Notes: a model not told the origin generated them from the letters alone. Shown: positions 1-10,213, numbered from the stretch's first letter. The stretch: DNA of 64,000 bases from an uncultured Planctomycetia bacterium (GCA_964406665.1 CAYOSQ010000001.1:71412-135411), one strand, 5' to 3'. Numbers and translations are program-made.

Positions 1-175
1 CCTTCTCCCAATCTTTCAAAACCATCAGGGTCTTTATCCACCACAACAACATTGTGTCCCTCTGAAGAAAGAAGCTGAGCAAGCTCTGAACCTACTCTTC
101 CGCATCCGATAATAACAATATACATATTTATCCTCTTCGTCTTAATACACAAAACGCTTTAAGACGTTGGTTAAG

Positions 176-529
176 TTAAGCTGATTTTTTAACTAGTTCA
201 ACTATTTTCTTAAGCGCCTTAGGGTCTGATGTCGCTATTTCTGAAAGCATCTTCCTATCCAGCTCTATCTTAGCGTCCTTCAAACCTTTGATAAACCTGC
301 TATAGGTTAAACCGGCTGCCCGACATGCCGCATTGATGCGCACAATCCAAAGTCTGCGGAAAACTCTCTTTTTTACTTTGCGATCGCGGTATGCATAAAC
401 CATGCTATGCATAATTGATTCTTTAGCATGTCTATAGCGTTTACTTCTATCGCCAAATTGTCCCTTGGCTTTTTTCAGGACTCTTTTTTTTCTTTTGCGA
501 CTTGCTACTGAATGTTTTACTCGAGCCAT
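176..529 (-). CDS. rplT: 50S ribosomal protein L20
   Basis: Translation [23 protein letters not shown]...RINAACR is a clear L20 pattern; sits in the canonical thrS-infC-rpmI-rplT operon. Confidence 0.9.
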   Translation of the reverse strand: MARVKHSVASRKRKKRVLKKAKGQFGDRSKRYRHAKESIMHSMVYAYRDRKVKKRVFRRLWIVRINAACRAAGLTYSRFIKGLKDAKIELDRKMLSEIATSDPKALKKIVELVKKSA

Positions 530-594
530 AAAATTACATCCTCCTTGTTTTTCTCTATAAAACTTCTCGTGTGCTTATCTCATATGATACCGCG

Positions 595-810
595 TTAACC
601 GTACGGCAACAACTTTTTTATTGCTGATTTCTGATTAGCGCTGACAAGATTTGATTTTCTCAATCTACGTTTTCTTTTTGATGTTTTTTTAGATAAGATA
701 TGGCTCTTATTTGCACGTGCGCGCTTAAGCTTACCTTTTTTTGTTAGCCTAATCCGCTTAGCCACACCTTTTTTTGTTTTTAACTTCATTTTTTTTGTTT
801 TTAACTTCAT
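595..810 (-). CDS. rpmI: 50S ribosomal protein L35; N-terminus carries an in-frame duplicated heptapeptide MKLKTKK-MKLKTKK from a perfect 21-bp tandem duplication (769..789 / 790..810), so an alternative start at 789 is possible
   Basis: Lys/Arg-rich small protein between infC and rplT; the tandem repeat tttttttgtttttaacttcat x2 is visible in the sequence. Confidence 0.8.
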   Translation of the reverse strand: MKLKTKKMKLKTKKGVAKRIRLTKKGKLKRARANKSHILSKKTSKRKRRLRKSNLVSANQKSAIKKLLPYG

Positions 811-895
811 GCTTATCCCTTTCTAAAAGCAAAACTTCTCTCTAGAGTTTCCATAAATCCTAAAGAGCCTATCTATATTTTACGCCAAGCCTATG

Positions 896-1417
896 CTATG
901 TACTCTTAGGAGCGAACGTAACGCTCATAATCCGTCCTTGCATAGACGGGCCTTTTTCAATCTGACAAATTTCAGCACAATCTTCGATGAACCTGTTTAA
1001 AATTTTTACCCCCAGGTCTTTATGCGCCATTTCCCTGCCACGGAAAAACAGATTAACCTTAACTTTATCTCTCTTGCTAACGAAATTATGAAGCTTTTTG
1101 AGCTTCACTTGATAATCATGTTCTTCAATGTGTGGTTTAACTCTGATTTCTTTTAGATGTGTAACCTTAGAATGTTTTTTGACCTCACGTTCCTTTTTTT
1201 CCTGGTCATACTTATACTTACTAAAATCCAGGACACGGCAAACCGGAGGCTGCGCTTGCGGAGCAACCTCAACCAAATCCAAACCACTTTTCTCGGCAAT
1301 TTCTATCCCTTTAGAAGTAGGGACAACTCCCAGCTGTTCACTGTCGGGGCCGATCAACCTGATTTCCCTAACACGTATTCGCTGGTTTACTCTAATATAC
1401 TTCTGAATTGTTACCAC
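896..1417 (-). CDS. infC: translation initiation factor IF-3; GTG start as drawn (IF-3 genes often use rare start codons)
   Basis: IF-3-like sequence (LIGPDSEQLGVV..., VKVNLFFRGREMAHKDLG); GGAG-containing SD upstream; operon context. Confidence 0.88.
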   Translation of the reverse strand: MVTIQKYIRVNQRIRVREIRLIGPDSEQLGVVPTSKGIEIAEKSGLDLVEVAPQAQPPVCRVLDFSKYKYDQEKKEREVKKHSKVTHLKEIRVKPHIEEHDYQVKLKKLHNFVSKRDKVKVNLFFRGREMAHKDLGVKILNRFIEDCAEICQIEKGPSMQGRIMSVTFAPKST

Positions 1418-1431
1418 CTCCTACTTTTTAC

Positions 1432-3153
1432 TTACTGTCTATTTTTTTCCTTAACATCTTCTGCCACATGCTCGATAAACTTCTGCGCGCTCATACTGCC
1501 TAAATCACCCAAAGCTTTACTACGTATGCTGAATGATTTTTGTTGTATTTCTTTATCGCCAATCACAACAACGTAAGGGATTTTTTCCAACTCTGCCTCG
1601 CGGATCTTCTTTCCTAAAGATTCTTGTCGCGAATCCACAACAGCGCGCAGAGAACTTTGCTGTAATTGTACCAATAACTCTTTCGCGTATGCTAAATGAG
1701 TATCCTTGATAGGCAATATCTTTACCTGTGTCGGCGATAACCAAACCGGCAAAGCGCCGGCATAATGCTCTATGAGTGCGCCCATAAAACGCTCCAGACT
1801 ACCTAATATAACTCGGTGCAGCATAATAGGTCTGCGCTCTTTGCCGTCAGAAGCAACGTAGTTTAAATTAAACCTTTCAGGCAAAGCAAAATCACACTGT
1901 ATAGTAGCACACTGCCACTCTCGCCCCAAAGCATCCTTGAGTTTAATGTCGATCTTAGGACCATAAAAGGCCCCGTCACCTTCATTTATCTTATAGGATA
2001 ATTCCTTTTCTTGCAAGGAATCTTCAAGCGCAGTAGTTGCTTTATCCCAATCTTCCAAAGTGCCGATAAATTTATCAGGGCGAGTGCTTATTTCAATACC
2101 CACATCCTCAAAACCAAAATCTTTCATAGCAGCAAAGACGAAATCGACAACCCCTTTAATCTCTTCTTTAACCTGCTCGGGCGTACAAAATATATGAGCG
2201 TCATCCTGTGTGAAGCCGCGCACACGTAAAAGACCATGTAACACACCGCTTTTTTCATGACGATAAACCGTACCAAGTTCGAAATAGCGAATTGGTAAAT
2301 CCCGGTAAGAACAAATCTTGGATTGATAAATAATAATGTGGCCCGGACAATTCATAGGCTTGATGGCAAATTCTTGGCTATCAACATCAAACGTATACAT
2401 GTTCTCTTTATAATAATCATAGTGTCCGCTTTTCTGCCAAAGCTGCCCACGCATAATATTAGGAGTAATTACCATTTCATAGCCACGCTTTAGATGTTCT
2501 TCTTTTTCATAATCCTCGATTATCTTACGCAACATTGCCCCTTTAGGATGATACAACACAAGGCCCGCCCCCACATCCTCATAAAAATTAAAAAACCCTA
2601 GTTGTGGTCCGAGTTTACGATGGTCGCGTTTTTTAGCCTCTTCCAAAAGCTTAAGATGATGTTTTAATTCTTTTTCTGTATTAAAAGCTGTGCCATATAT
2701 TCTCTGCAACATAGGATTGGTTTCAATCCCATGCCAGTACGCGCCAGCAATAGATAAAAGTTTAAAGGCCTTTATCTTACCTGTTGATTCTACGTGAGGG
2801 CCTTTGCATAAGTCCACAAATTTATCCCCAGTTTTATAAATAGTAATGGTGTTGCCTTCTAAATTGTTAATTAACTCTAACTTATAATCCTCTTTTAATT
2901 TCTTAAATAACTTAACAGCTGTGGATTTATCAATTTCTTCTTTTATCAAGGGAAGATCGGCTGCGATTATTTTTTTCATACTGTTTTCGATTTTTTCCAG
3001 ATCATCCGGAGTAAAAGGTTCTTTTTTATCAAAATCATAGTAAAATCCGTCGGAAATAGATGGCCCGATGGCTATCTTGGTTTCCGGCCACAACTCTTTA
3101 ACTGCCTGAGCCATTATATGTGAACAGCTATGTCTTAAGACTTCTAAATTCAT
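1432..3153 (-). CDS. thrS: threonyl-tRNA synthetase (short form, 573 aa)
   Basis: MNLEVLRHSCSHIMAQAV... and class II aaRS motifs; thrS-infC-rpmI-rplT synteny. Confidence 0.93.
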   Translation of the reverse strand: MNLEVLRHSCSHIMAQAVKELWPETKIAIGPSISDGFYYDFDKKEPFTPDDLEKIENSMKKIIAADLPLIKEEIDKSTAVKLFKKLKEDYKLELINNLEGNTITIYKTGDKFVDLCKGPHVESTGKIKAFKLLSIAGAYWHGIETNPMLQRIYGTAFNTEKELKHHLKLLEEAKKRDHRKLGPQLGFFNFYEDVGAGLVLYHPKGAMLRKIIEDYEKEEHLKRGYEMVITPNIMRGQLWQKSGHYDYYKENMYTFDVDSQEFAIKPMNCPGHIIIYQSKICSYRDLPIRYFELGTVYRHEKSGVLHGLLRVRGFTQDDAHIFCTPEQVKEEIKGVVDFVFAAMKDFGFEDVGIEISTRPDKFIGTLEDWDKATTALEDSLQEKELSYKINEGDGAFYGPKIDIKLKDALGREWQCATIQCDFALPERFNLNYVASDGKERRPIMLHRVILGSLERFMGALIEHYAGALPVWLSPTQVKILPIKDTHLAYAKELLVQLQQSSLRAVVDSRQESLGKKIREAELEKIPYVVVIGDKEIQQKSFSIRSKALGDLGSMSAQKFIEHVAEDVKEKNRQ

Positions 3154-3231
3154 AATGTGTACAATCTTCCTTGGCCCCTCAGCTCAGTTCGATTTAGAGC
3201 CTCGGGATGGATTTTGCGAAGCAAAATCACA

Positions 3232-3306
3232 TGGGCCCAAGAGGACTCGAACCTCTGACCTCCACGATGTCAACGTGGCGCTCTAACCAGGCTGAGCTAT
3301 GAGCCC
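3232..3306 (-). tRNA. tRNA-Val (anticodon GAC)
   Basis: Reverse complement gggctcatagctcagcctggttagagcgccacgttGACatcgtgg...ttcgagtcctcttgggccca folds as a cloverleaf with a 7-nt anticodon loop ttGACat. Confidence 0.85.
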
Positions 3307-3319
3307 GACAATTATTCAA

Positions 3320-3403
3320 TGGGCAAGGTGGGAGTCGAACCCACACGGCCTTGCGGCCAAAGGATTTTAAGTCCTTCGTGTATGCCATTCCACCACTTGC
3401 CCA
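3320..3403 (-). tRNA. tRNA-Leu (anticodon TAA), long variable arm
   Basis: Reverse complement gggcaagtggtggaatggcat...aaggacttaaaatcc...ggttcgactcccaccttgccca; anticodon loop ctTAAaa; type II tRNA. Confidence 0.8.
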
Positions 3404-3477
3404 ACAAAACAATTTTGCCCCTCGCGCTCTATTCTTTACCTATAAGTGCTCGGGACCAGATTTTGCTCTGCAAAATC

Positions 3478-3552
3478 TGGAGGCGCGGACCGGACTCGAA
3501 CCGGTGAATAATGGTTTTGCAGACCACCGCCTTACCGCTTGGCTACCGCGCC
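3478..3552 (-). tRNA. tRNA-Cys (anticodon GCA), CCA encoded
   Basis: Reverse complement ggcgcggtagccaagcggtaaggcggtggtctGCAaaaccat...ggttcgagtccggtccgcgcctcca. Confidence 0.8.
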
Positions 3553-3606
3553 ATTTGCTAACTCAACAAAGAACAATACTTTACACCAACCGCGCTAAAT
3601 AATCAA

Positions 3607-4155
3607 CTATTTTTTTAGTATGCGCTTAGTTTCTTTTATAATATCATCTACGTCAGCCAAGCGACCAATACCAACTCTGCCATCAGCAAGCTTGCCTTTA
3701 GCAGGACCTACGAAACGGTAGCCTATAGATTCGAGTAAGGCAATATTATCCTGCACAATTACATTTTTGTACATGCCATCATTCATTGCCGGTGCGATTA
3801 ACACAGGTTTATTAGTTGCCATGACTGTGCAAGTCAACAGATCATCTGCGATACCAGAAGCAATCTTGCCAATTATATTTGCTGTTGCCGGAGCTATTAA
3901 AAATAAATTGGCCCTTTTAGCTAAAGAAATATGCTCAGCATCATATTCATCAGATAACTCATCAAATAACCCGCGATACACGCGGTTTCTTGAAATAGTC
4001 TGAAAAGTAAGTGGAGTAATAAATTCTTCCGCGTCCTTTGTCATGATTACGGTTGTACTATACCCAGCTGCTTTGAGACCACGAATTATGTCGCAACTTT
4101 TATAAGCTGCTATGCTACCGGTTACTCCGATTATAATTTCTTTCTGCATTGCCAA
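3607..4155 (-). CDS. coaC: phosphopantothenoylcysteine decarboxylase (CoaC flavoprotein half only, 182 aa); no CoaB domain fused
   Basis: IIIGVTGSIAAYKSCDIIR...PAMNDGMY flavoprotein motifs; gmk-rpoZ-coaBC-type neighbourhood. Confidence 0.75.
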   Translation of the reverse strand: MAMQKEIIIGVTGSIAAYKSCDIIRGLKAAGYSTTVIMTKDAEEFITPLTFQTISRNRVYRGLFDELSDEYDAEHISLAKRANLFLIAPATANIIGKIASGIADDLLTCTVMATNKPVLIAPAMNDGMYKNVIVQDNIALLESIGYRFVGPAKGKLADGRVGIGRLADVDDIIKETKRILKK

Positions 4156-4162
4156 AATTCAC

Positions 4163-4468
<306 letters not shown>

Positions 4469-4500
4469 TCTTCCTCCTGTTTCAAATCAATAATACTCAT

Positions 4501-5100
4501 TTATTTTTTGTAGCTCTCTGCTAACACTATTGCTGCCAATGCTTTAGAGGCTACAGCCAACCTATCGTTTACAATTATATAATCATATTTCTTGGCAAAT
4601 CCCATCTCCCAGCAAGCCTTGTTCAGCCTAAATTGCAGGCGCTTGGCCGTTTCTGTAGAACGGCCGCCCAGTCTTTTTTTCAAAACTTGCATAGAGGGAG
4701 GCATTATAAAAATTGTAACTGCTTTCTTAAATACCTTTTTAATACTCATCGCACCTTTAACGTCAATACACAAAAGAATGCTTTTACCTTTTTTTAAAAC
4801 ATCCTTTACATTTTTTTTTGGCGTACCGTAGTATGCGCCGAATACTTCTTCCCACTCTAAAAGTTGACCAAGCTTTTTCATTTTCATGAATTTCTTCTGC
4901 GTTAAAAATTTATAATCGGCACTAGCAGATTCGCCCTTGCGCCTAGCTCTTGTAGTAACAGATATCGACCTAACTAAGCTATCTTTGATCTCTTTGTGCG
5001 AGAGGAGCTTTTTACATAATGTTGTCTTGCCGCTTCCTGATGGACCTGAGACAATGAAAACCTTCGGCTGAATATTTTTTGCAAAAATCTTACTCGACAT
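4501..5100 (-). CDS. gmk: guanylate kinase
   Basis: P-loop GPSGSGKTT, with CIDVKGAMSIKKVF and TETAKRLQFRLNKA motifs. Confidence 0.9.
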   Translation of the reverse strand: MSSKIFAKNIQPKVFIVSGPSGSGKTTLCKKLLSHKEIKDSLVRSISVTTRARRKGESASADYKFLTQKKFMKMKKLGQLLEWEEVFGAYYGTPKKNVKDVLKKGKSILLCIDVKGAMSIKKVFKKAVTIFIMPPSMQVLKKRLGGRSTETAKRLQFRLNKACWEMGFAKKYDYIIVNDRLAVASKALAAIVLAESYKK

Positions 5101-5908
5101 TCTGCAACTGCTCCCTCATTTTCTCAACTAGACTTTTCATGGTTATAACAAAATAAGATATTTTGCTATCAGGCAATTTTGCACCGATGGTATTAATTTC
5201 TCTTTGCATCTCTTGAGCAATAAAATCTAGCTCTTTGCCAACAGCGCGCTTCTTTTTTTGTTGCAATCGAAAATTTTTAATATGGAAATTTAATCTTTCA
5301 ATCTCTTCATTAATATCAACGCTTTTTAAAAACATAGAGCAATCTTCGGGAGATAGCAGCTTACTCTTTTTTCTAATTACATTCTTTGCTTGCTTACTCA
5401 TCATCTGCAAAGAGCTATCTAAGCCCATAACATGCTTCCTAAGATCTGCCTCTATGCTGTCGCCTTCGGCCTCTCGCATATGAATTAGATTATCTAACGC
5501 CATATCAAGCGTCTTCTTAATTAACGGCCACATCTGTTGCAATTGCAGACTCTGTTCGTTAACATTCAGAACTCCTTGCAGGCCAAAGAGATGCGATAAA
5601 CCAAGATCGTCTTTTAGCTTAAGCTTCTTCCCTAAGCCCCTTAAAGCCTTTACATAATTCGCAGCTAACTTGTCGTTCAAAACTATTTTTTGCGCTTTCA
5701 TAGGAACAAAGCTAAAAGAAAGATTAATCCTTCCGCGAGAAATATTTCTTTGTAATTCTTTTCTAATCCTGTCATCCAACAAATTAAATCCGTTGGGCAA
5801 ATGAAGAACAGCGTCAAAAAAACGATGATTAAGGCTGCGTATTTCCACCGCAAGTTTTCCTAAGGGCGACTGCAAGCTTGCTTGTCCAAATCCTGTCATG
5901 CTTCTCAT
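5090..5908 (-). CDS. yicC: YicC family stress-induced protein
   Basis: N-terminal MRSMTGFG and C-terminal DUF1732-like region; yicC-gmk-rpoZ synteny. Confidence 0.8.
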   Translation of the reverse strand: MRSMTGFGQASLQSPLGKLAVEIRSLNHRFFDAVLHLPNGFNLLDDRIRKELQRNISRGRINLSFSFVPMKAQKIVLNDKLAANYVKALRGLGKKLKLKDDLGLSHLFGLQGVLNVNEQSLQLQQMWPLIKKTLDMALDNLIHMREAEGDSIEADLRKHVMGLDSSLQMMSKQAKNVIRKKSKLLSPEDCSMFLKSVDINEEIERLNFHIKNFRLQQKKKRAVGKELDFIAQEMQREINTIGAKLPDSKISYFVITMKSLVEKMREQLQNVE

Positions 5909-5985
5909 AATAGTCCTTCTTTTAAAAGAAAAAAATTATATAACAAAAAACTAATTTCAAAATTGTTCGGGCAAATCCAATAATT

Positions 5986-6489
5986 CTAAGCCCAAACCAA
6001 CTTTCTACGAACCTTCTCTGCTGAGTTTTTAGCAGGGTATGATTCCACGATAATTTCGCTTGGCTCAAACCAAAGCTTGATCTCTCGCTCAGCCTCTTCA
6101 AGAGACGAAGAAACATGTATTACGTTTTCATAAATACCAAGCGTGGTAATCCTACCAAACGAACCTCTGATAGATGTTGAATCAGCCTCTTCCGGATTTG
6201 TTTCACCAGCTAACTCTCGGCATTTTTTAATTGCATCAGTGCCGCAATAAACCAATGCCATAACCTTGCGTCTAGAATGTAACTCTCCACGTAAATATTT
6301 TATTAGTGCATTGAAAAAAGGCTCATTGCGCAAATGGCGATAATGCTCAATTGCCCGCTCTCTTGAAACCCGAGTTACTTTGGAAGCCACAATTTCAAGC
6401 TTGGTTTCAGACAGCCTGGTTAAAATATTCCCCGTAAGAGACTTTTTCAAACCATCTGGTTTAATTAAAATTAATGTAAATTGTTTCAT
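5986..6489 (-). CDS. ndk: nucleoside-diphosphate kinase-like protein
   Basis: LILIKPDGLKK...NILTRL...NVIHVSSSLEEAEREIKLWF resembles the NDK fold and motifs. Confidence 0.6.
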   Translation of the reverse strand: MKQFTLILIKPDGLKKSLTGNILTRLSETKLEIVASKVTRVSRERAIEHYRHLRNEPFFNALIKYLRGELHSRRKVMALVYCGTDAIKKCRELAGETNPEEADSTSIRGSFGRITTLGIYENVIHVSSSLEEAEREIKLWFEPSEIIVESYPAKNSAEKVRRKLVWA

Positions 6490-7337
6490 TTTCTAAACAC
6501 CTCTAGAATTCTATCCAGGTCCTCAAGTGAATAATAATCAATCATTATTTTCCCGCGTTTTTTTGAATGTTTAATCCGCACCTTGGTGCCAAGAAAATGT
6601 TGCAGCTCTTCTTCAAGAGCTGCAACATACGGATCTTTTTTGGAAGGAGCACCCTTCTTTTTTAATTTCTCTTTAGGTGTAGCTATTTTTACTAAACTCT
6701 CTAACTCTCTGACAGACAAAGACTTAGAGATTAAATCTCTAAACATCTGCAGTTGTTGTTCAATAGATTCTAATCCCAGCAAGCCTCTAGCATGGCCCAT
6801 GCTGATCCTACCTTTGGAAACAGCTTCCTGAATTTCCAAAGGAAGTTTTAATAAACGCAGAGTATTCGTAATCGATGTTCTGTCTTTGCCAACTGCCTGA
6901 GCAATGCGGTCCTGTGTAAAGCTGAATTCATCCATGAGCCTCTGAAAAGAATGTGCTTCCTCAATAGGATTCAACTCTTCTCTTTGGACATTCTCGATTA
7001 TTGACATTACCAAAACATCTTGCTCAGAAACAGAGCGAACAATCGCAGGAATGGTTTCCATGCCCAAGGATTTTGCTGCGCGCAACCTGCGTTCACCAGC
7101 AATTAATTCGTAACCGCTTTCTGATTTTCTAACTAGAATCGGCTGCAGAACTCCCTGCTCTTTGATTGAAGCAACTAATTCTTTCAACCGCTCACCATCA
7201 AATTCTTCTCTAGGCTGATAGCGGCTAGGTTGCACTCGAGTTGTTTCTACATAAAGAATATTAGCTCTTTCTTCTTTGGGAACATCATCAGGAATGAGCG
7301 CTGTCAATCCCTTTCCCAATGCTCTCTTCTTGTCCAT
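6486..7337 (-). CDS. parB: chromosome partitioning protein ParB/Spo0J
   Basis: KRALGKGLTALIP N-terminus plus ParB box and HTH (RAAKSLGMETIPAIV); overlaps the parA 3' end by about 50 nt. Confidence 0.9.
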   Translation of the reverse strand: MDKKRALGKGLTALIPDDVPKEERANILYVETTRVQPSRYQPREEFDGERLKELVASIKEQGVLQPILVRKSESGYELIAGERRLRAAKSLGMETIPAIVRSVSEQDVLVMSIIENVQREELNPIEEAHSFQRLMDEFSFTQDRIAQAVGKDRTSITNTLRLLKLPLEIQEAVSKGRISMGHARGLLGLESIEQQLQMFRDLISKSLSVRELESLVKIATPKEKLKKKGAPSKKDPYVAALEEELQHFLGTKVRIKHSKKRGKIMIDYYSLEDLDRILEVFRK

Positions 7338-8163
7338 TCTGACCTCCTGGCATATGCTCGGCCTCTAAGGGTTCTGACGCCACTACTGAATTGTCATCGT
7401 TAAGCGGCAGGCCTAAAATTTCGTTTGCTAAATTTTGATATCTTTTTGCTCCGATGGAAGACTTATCATAAATACTGATCGGCTTACCAAACCCCGGGGC
7501 TTCACTAAGACGAATGTTGCGCGGAATAACCGTTTGATAAACCTTGTCTTTAAAGAATGATCTAATTTCTGCAATGACGTCGTTTGTTAAGTTGGTGCGA
7601 TAATCAGCCATGGTCAAAACAACGCCTTCAATAATTAGCTTAGGATTTAAACGATCTTTTACCAAATTAATAGTTTTGAGAATAAGCGATACACCCTCAA
7701 GTGCGTAATACTCGCATTGAATTGGAACAATTACAGAATCAGCTGCCACTAAAGCATTTATAGTAATAAGACCCAGCGATGGCGGACAATCGATAAAAAC
7801 ATACTCAAAATCTCCCCTAATTGACTCTAAGCAAGACTGTAATCTGAATTCTCTATTTTCAGCGCTAATTAACTCAATTTCTATTGCGCTTAAATCTATA
7901 TTGGAAGGCACTGCTGAAAGATTGGAAATTGCGGAATTAACTATTGTATCACTTACTGATTTATCACCTAAAAGTGCGTGGTAAGCTGATTCTTTGATTT
8001 GGTTTTTATCTATGCCTATCCCGCTTGTAGCATTGCCCTGCGGGTCTATGTCTACCAATAGCACTTTCTTGCCTGAAAGCGCCAAAGCTGTGGATAGACT
8101 AACGGCTGTAGTGGTCTTACCTGTTCCGCCTTTTTGATTACAAATGGCAATAATTTTAGCCAT
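7288..8163 (-). CDS. parA: chromosome partitioning ATPase ParA/Soj
   Basis: KIIAICNQKGGTGKTTTAVSL deviant Walker A motif. Confidence 0.9.
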   Translation of the reverse strand: MAKIIAICNQKGGTGKTTTAVSLSTALALSGKKVLLVDIDPQGNATSGIGIDKNQIKESAYHALLGDKSVSDTIVNSAISNLSAVPSNIDLSAIEIELISAENREFRLQSCLESIRGDFEYVFIDCPPSLGLITINALVAADSVIVPIQCEYYALEGVSLILKTINLVKDRLNPKLIIEGVVLTMADYRTNLTNDVIAEIRSFFKDKVYQTVIPRNIRLSEAPGFGKPISIYDKSSIGAKRYQNLANEILGLPLNDDNSVVASEPLEAEHMPGGQNGQEESIGKGIDSAHS

Positions 8164-8229
8164 CGCGTCCTATTGTATGTTCCACGTGGAACGTTACTAA
8201 ATTATATTGTATTTATAATTAAGAAAAAA

Positions 8230-8421
8230 TCAAGTGTTTTTTTCGTTTTTAAGCTGAACAGAGATCTTAGCCGGCTTAGCGCCTTTCATGCCAAAAAGCC
8301 CTTTTTGCTCCTCGGAAAGCACTTTAACCACAATTTCTTCTCTGGAAACCTTAAGTTCAGCTAGTGCCTTCTGAATGGCTTCTTCTACATTTGAGCCTTC
8401 AAATTCTAAAGGTTTATCCAT
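8230..8421 (-). CDS. Jag/KhpB N-terminal domain-only small protein (63 aa)
   Basis: Sits immediately after yidC where jag normally lies; EAIQKALAELKVSREEIVVKVLSE resembles Jag_N, but no KH or R3H domains follow. Confidence 0.45.
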   Translation of the reverse strand: MDKPLEFEGSNVEEAIQKALAELKVSREEIVVKVLSEEQKGLFGMKGAKPAKISVQLKNEKNT

Positions 8422-10003
8422 TAACCACCACTTTTGCTGCGCTCATTTTAAGCTGCGCAACAGTAGTTAAAATTGTATAGCAAAACCAATAAAGCGCTAA
8501 ACCGCTGGGGAAATGATAAAAAATAAACGCAAATAAAATAGGAAAAACAACGGCCATAATTCGCTGCTGCTCAGCAGCTTGTCCCGTAGCAACGTTATTT
8601 TTCATAGACATTTTTTGCTGGACAGCCATTGCAACAGCCATCAAAAGAGGCAACAAGTTAATGTCCGAGCCAATAACGGGAAATTCTCCAGATAGGACAA
8701 ATAAACGATCTGGCTCAGATAAATCTTTAATCCACAAGAAATTAGCGCCTTTCAATTGAATAGAGCGCATTAAAGTCTGGTAAAGCGAGAAGAAAACCGG
8801 CATCTGGAAAACAAGCGGCAAACAACCACCAAACGGATTAACCTTGTTTTTACGATAAAGCTCCATAACCTCTTTGTTCATTTTTTGAGGATTATCCTTA
8901 TGCTGGCTGCGTATTTGCTCCATTTCCGGTTGCAATGCTTGGAGTCGCTTCATAGAATTCAAGCTTTTGCTCGTAAACGGATAAAGGCAAGAGAAAATCA
9001 ACACGCTCAGCAAAATAATACAAACTCCCCAATTAGGCACAATTTTATGGATCCATCGCAAAATTGACATTAACGAAGTAACAATAGCATCTAGCTTACC
9101 AAAATATACTATTTCTGCAAAAGATTGATCCGCGCTAGAGAGCAACTCAACATCTTGAGGGCCAGCATAAAGCACAGCCTGTAAATTAGCCCAACTTTGA
9201 GGTGCGATTTCCATAACAGTTGGCCTTATGGATGAAATATATTGTCCAGAATCATTAACTTCTGCAGAAAAACCACTAACAGTAAACAATGGCTTAAAAA
9301 TAACGCAAAAATATTTACCGCGACTTCCAACCCATTGCAATGAAGAGGTTATTTCTAATCCCGATTTTTTACTTATACGAGTGTAATTTTTACGTAACAT
9401 CTTATCTGGTAAGGAGATAGACAATTCTATGAAATTCTTTTCGCGACCAGATAGCTTTGGCGATTCGGAATTCATATCTACTGAATGGCATAAAACAGGA
9501 GGGATTAATATGTTTTTTTCACTGCTCAAATTTTTTATCTTCAAACCTAACTCTATGCTATTATTTGACTTATTAACTGAAAATGTTTTTGTAATATCTA
9601 CTTTATCGTCGACATAAGTAAGCTCTGCCTTATTGTCAGATTGGACAAAAACAAATGGTGTACTCTCAAATCCTTCTAATCCAAAAATATTTTTTTGCAA
9701 AAGTAAACTATCATATTTCTTAATTCGTACTTCTTTTAAACTGCCACCAAGCTTTGAGAAAACAAGCTTCAGCTCAGGGGTGTCCATCTCATAAAGTTCA
9801 TCAGATAAAATCTCTGAATCCTGGTAAACAGGAGATGATGTTGCAGCGCTGACTGGGGCTAATTGCGCGCCAGAAGTAGTTTCTGCCGGTAAAATTTCGC
9901 TAACTTCTTTATCCACAGGCGGATACATCTTTGTGACAATCTTTTGATACGAAACAAGCACCAAAAAGCATAGTGCTAAAGCTAATATTGTTCTTTTTTC
10001 CAT
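8414..10003 (-). CDS. yidC: membrane protein insertase YidC
   Basis: NPFGGCLPLVFQMPVFFSLYQTL and a C-terminal 5-TM region; rpmH-yidD-yidC synteny. Confidence 0.9.
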   Translation of the reverse strand: MEKRTILALALCFLVLVSYQKIVTKMYPPVDKEVSEILPAETTSGAQLAPVSAATSSPVYQDSEILSDELYEMDTPELKLVFSKLGGSLKEVRIKKYDSLLLQKNIFGLEGFESTPFVFVQSDNKAELTYVDDKVDITKTFSVNKSNNSIELGLKIKNLSSEKNILIPPVLCHSVDMNSESPKLSGREKNFIELSISLPDKMLRKNYTRISKKSGLEITSSLQWVGSRGKYFCVIFKPLFTVSGFSAEVNDSGQYISSIRPTVMEIAPQSWANLQAVLYAGPQDVELLSSADQSFAEIVYFGKLDAIVTSLMSILRWIHKIVPNWGVCIILLSVLIFSCLYPFTSKSLNSMKRLQALQPEMEQIRSQHKDNPQKMNKEVMELYRKNKVNPFGGCLPLVFQMPVFFSLYQTLMRSIQLKGANFLWIKDLSEPDRLFVLSGEFPVIGSDINLLPLLMAVAMAVQQKMSMKNNVATGQAAEQQRIMAVVFPILFAFIFYHFPSGLALYWFCYTILTTVAQLKMSAAKVVVNG

Positions 10004-10006
10004 ATT

Positions 10007-10213
10007 TTATTCTACAGGATCGTAGCCTCCTTCAAATAATTGATTACATCTTGCAACCCTGGAAACACCTTTTATTGTTCCTTTGACAAAACCCCATCTG
10101 TCCAGCGAACTTAAAAAATATTCAGAGCAAGACGGATAATACCTACAACTATGTGGTAGTATAGGGCTGATACATTTCCGATAAAAATTTATGAGAAGCT
10201 TTAGTATTATCAT
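10007..10213 (-). CDS. yidD: membrane protein insertion efficiency factor YidD
   Basis: ISPILPHSCRYYPSCSEY signature. Confidence 0.85.
   Translation of the reverse strand: MIILKLLINFYRKCISPILPHSCRYYPSCSEYFLSSLDRWGFVKGTIKGVSRVARCNQLFEGGYDPVE

Noticed and set aside
1128-1576. Plus-strand ORFs of 92 and 139 aa
   Set aside because: They overlap infC and thrS on the opposite strand with low-complexity translations; antisense artefacts.
3154-3231. T-box leader upstream of thrS
   Set aside because: Only about 78 nt separate thrS from tRNA-Val. No specifier or T-box consensus was seen, and the hairpin there matches the recurring tRNA-3' palindrome instead.
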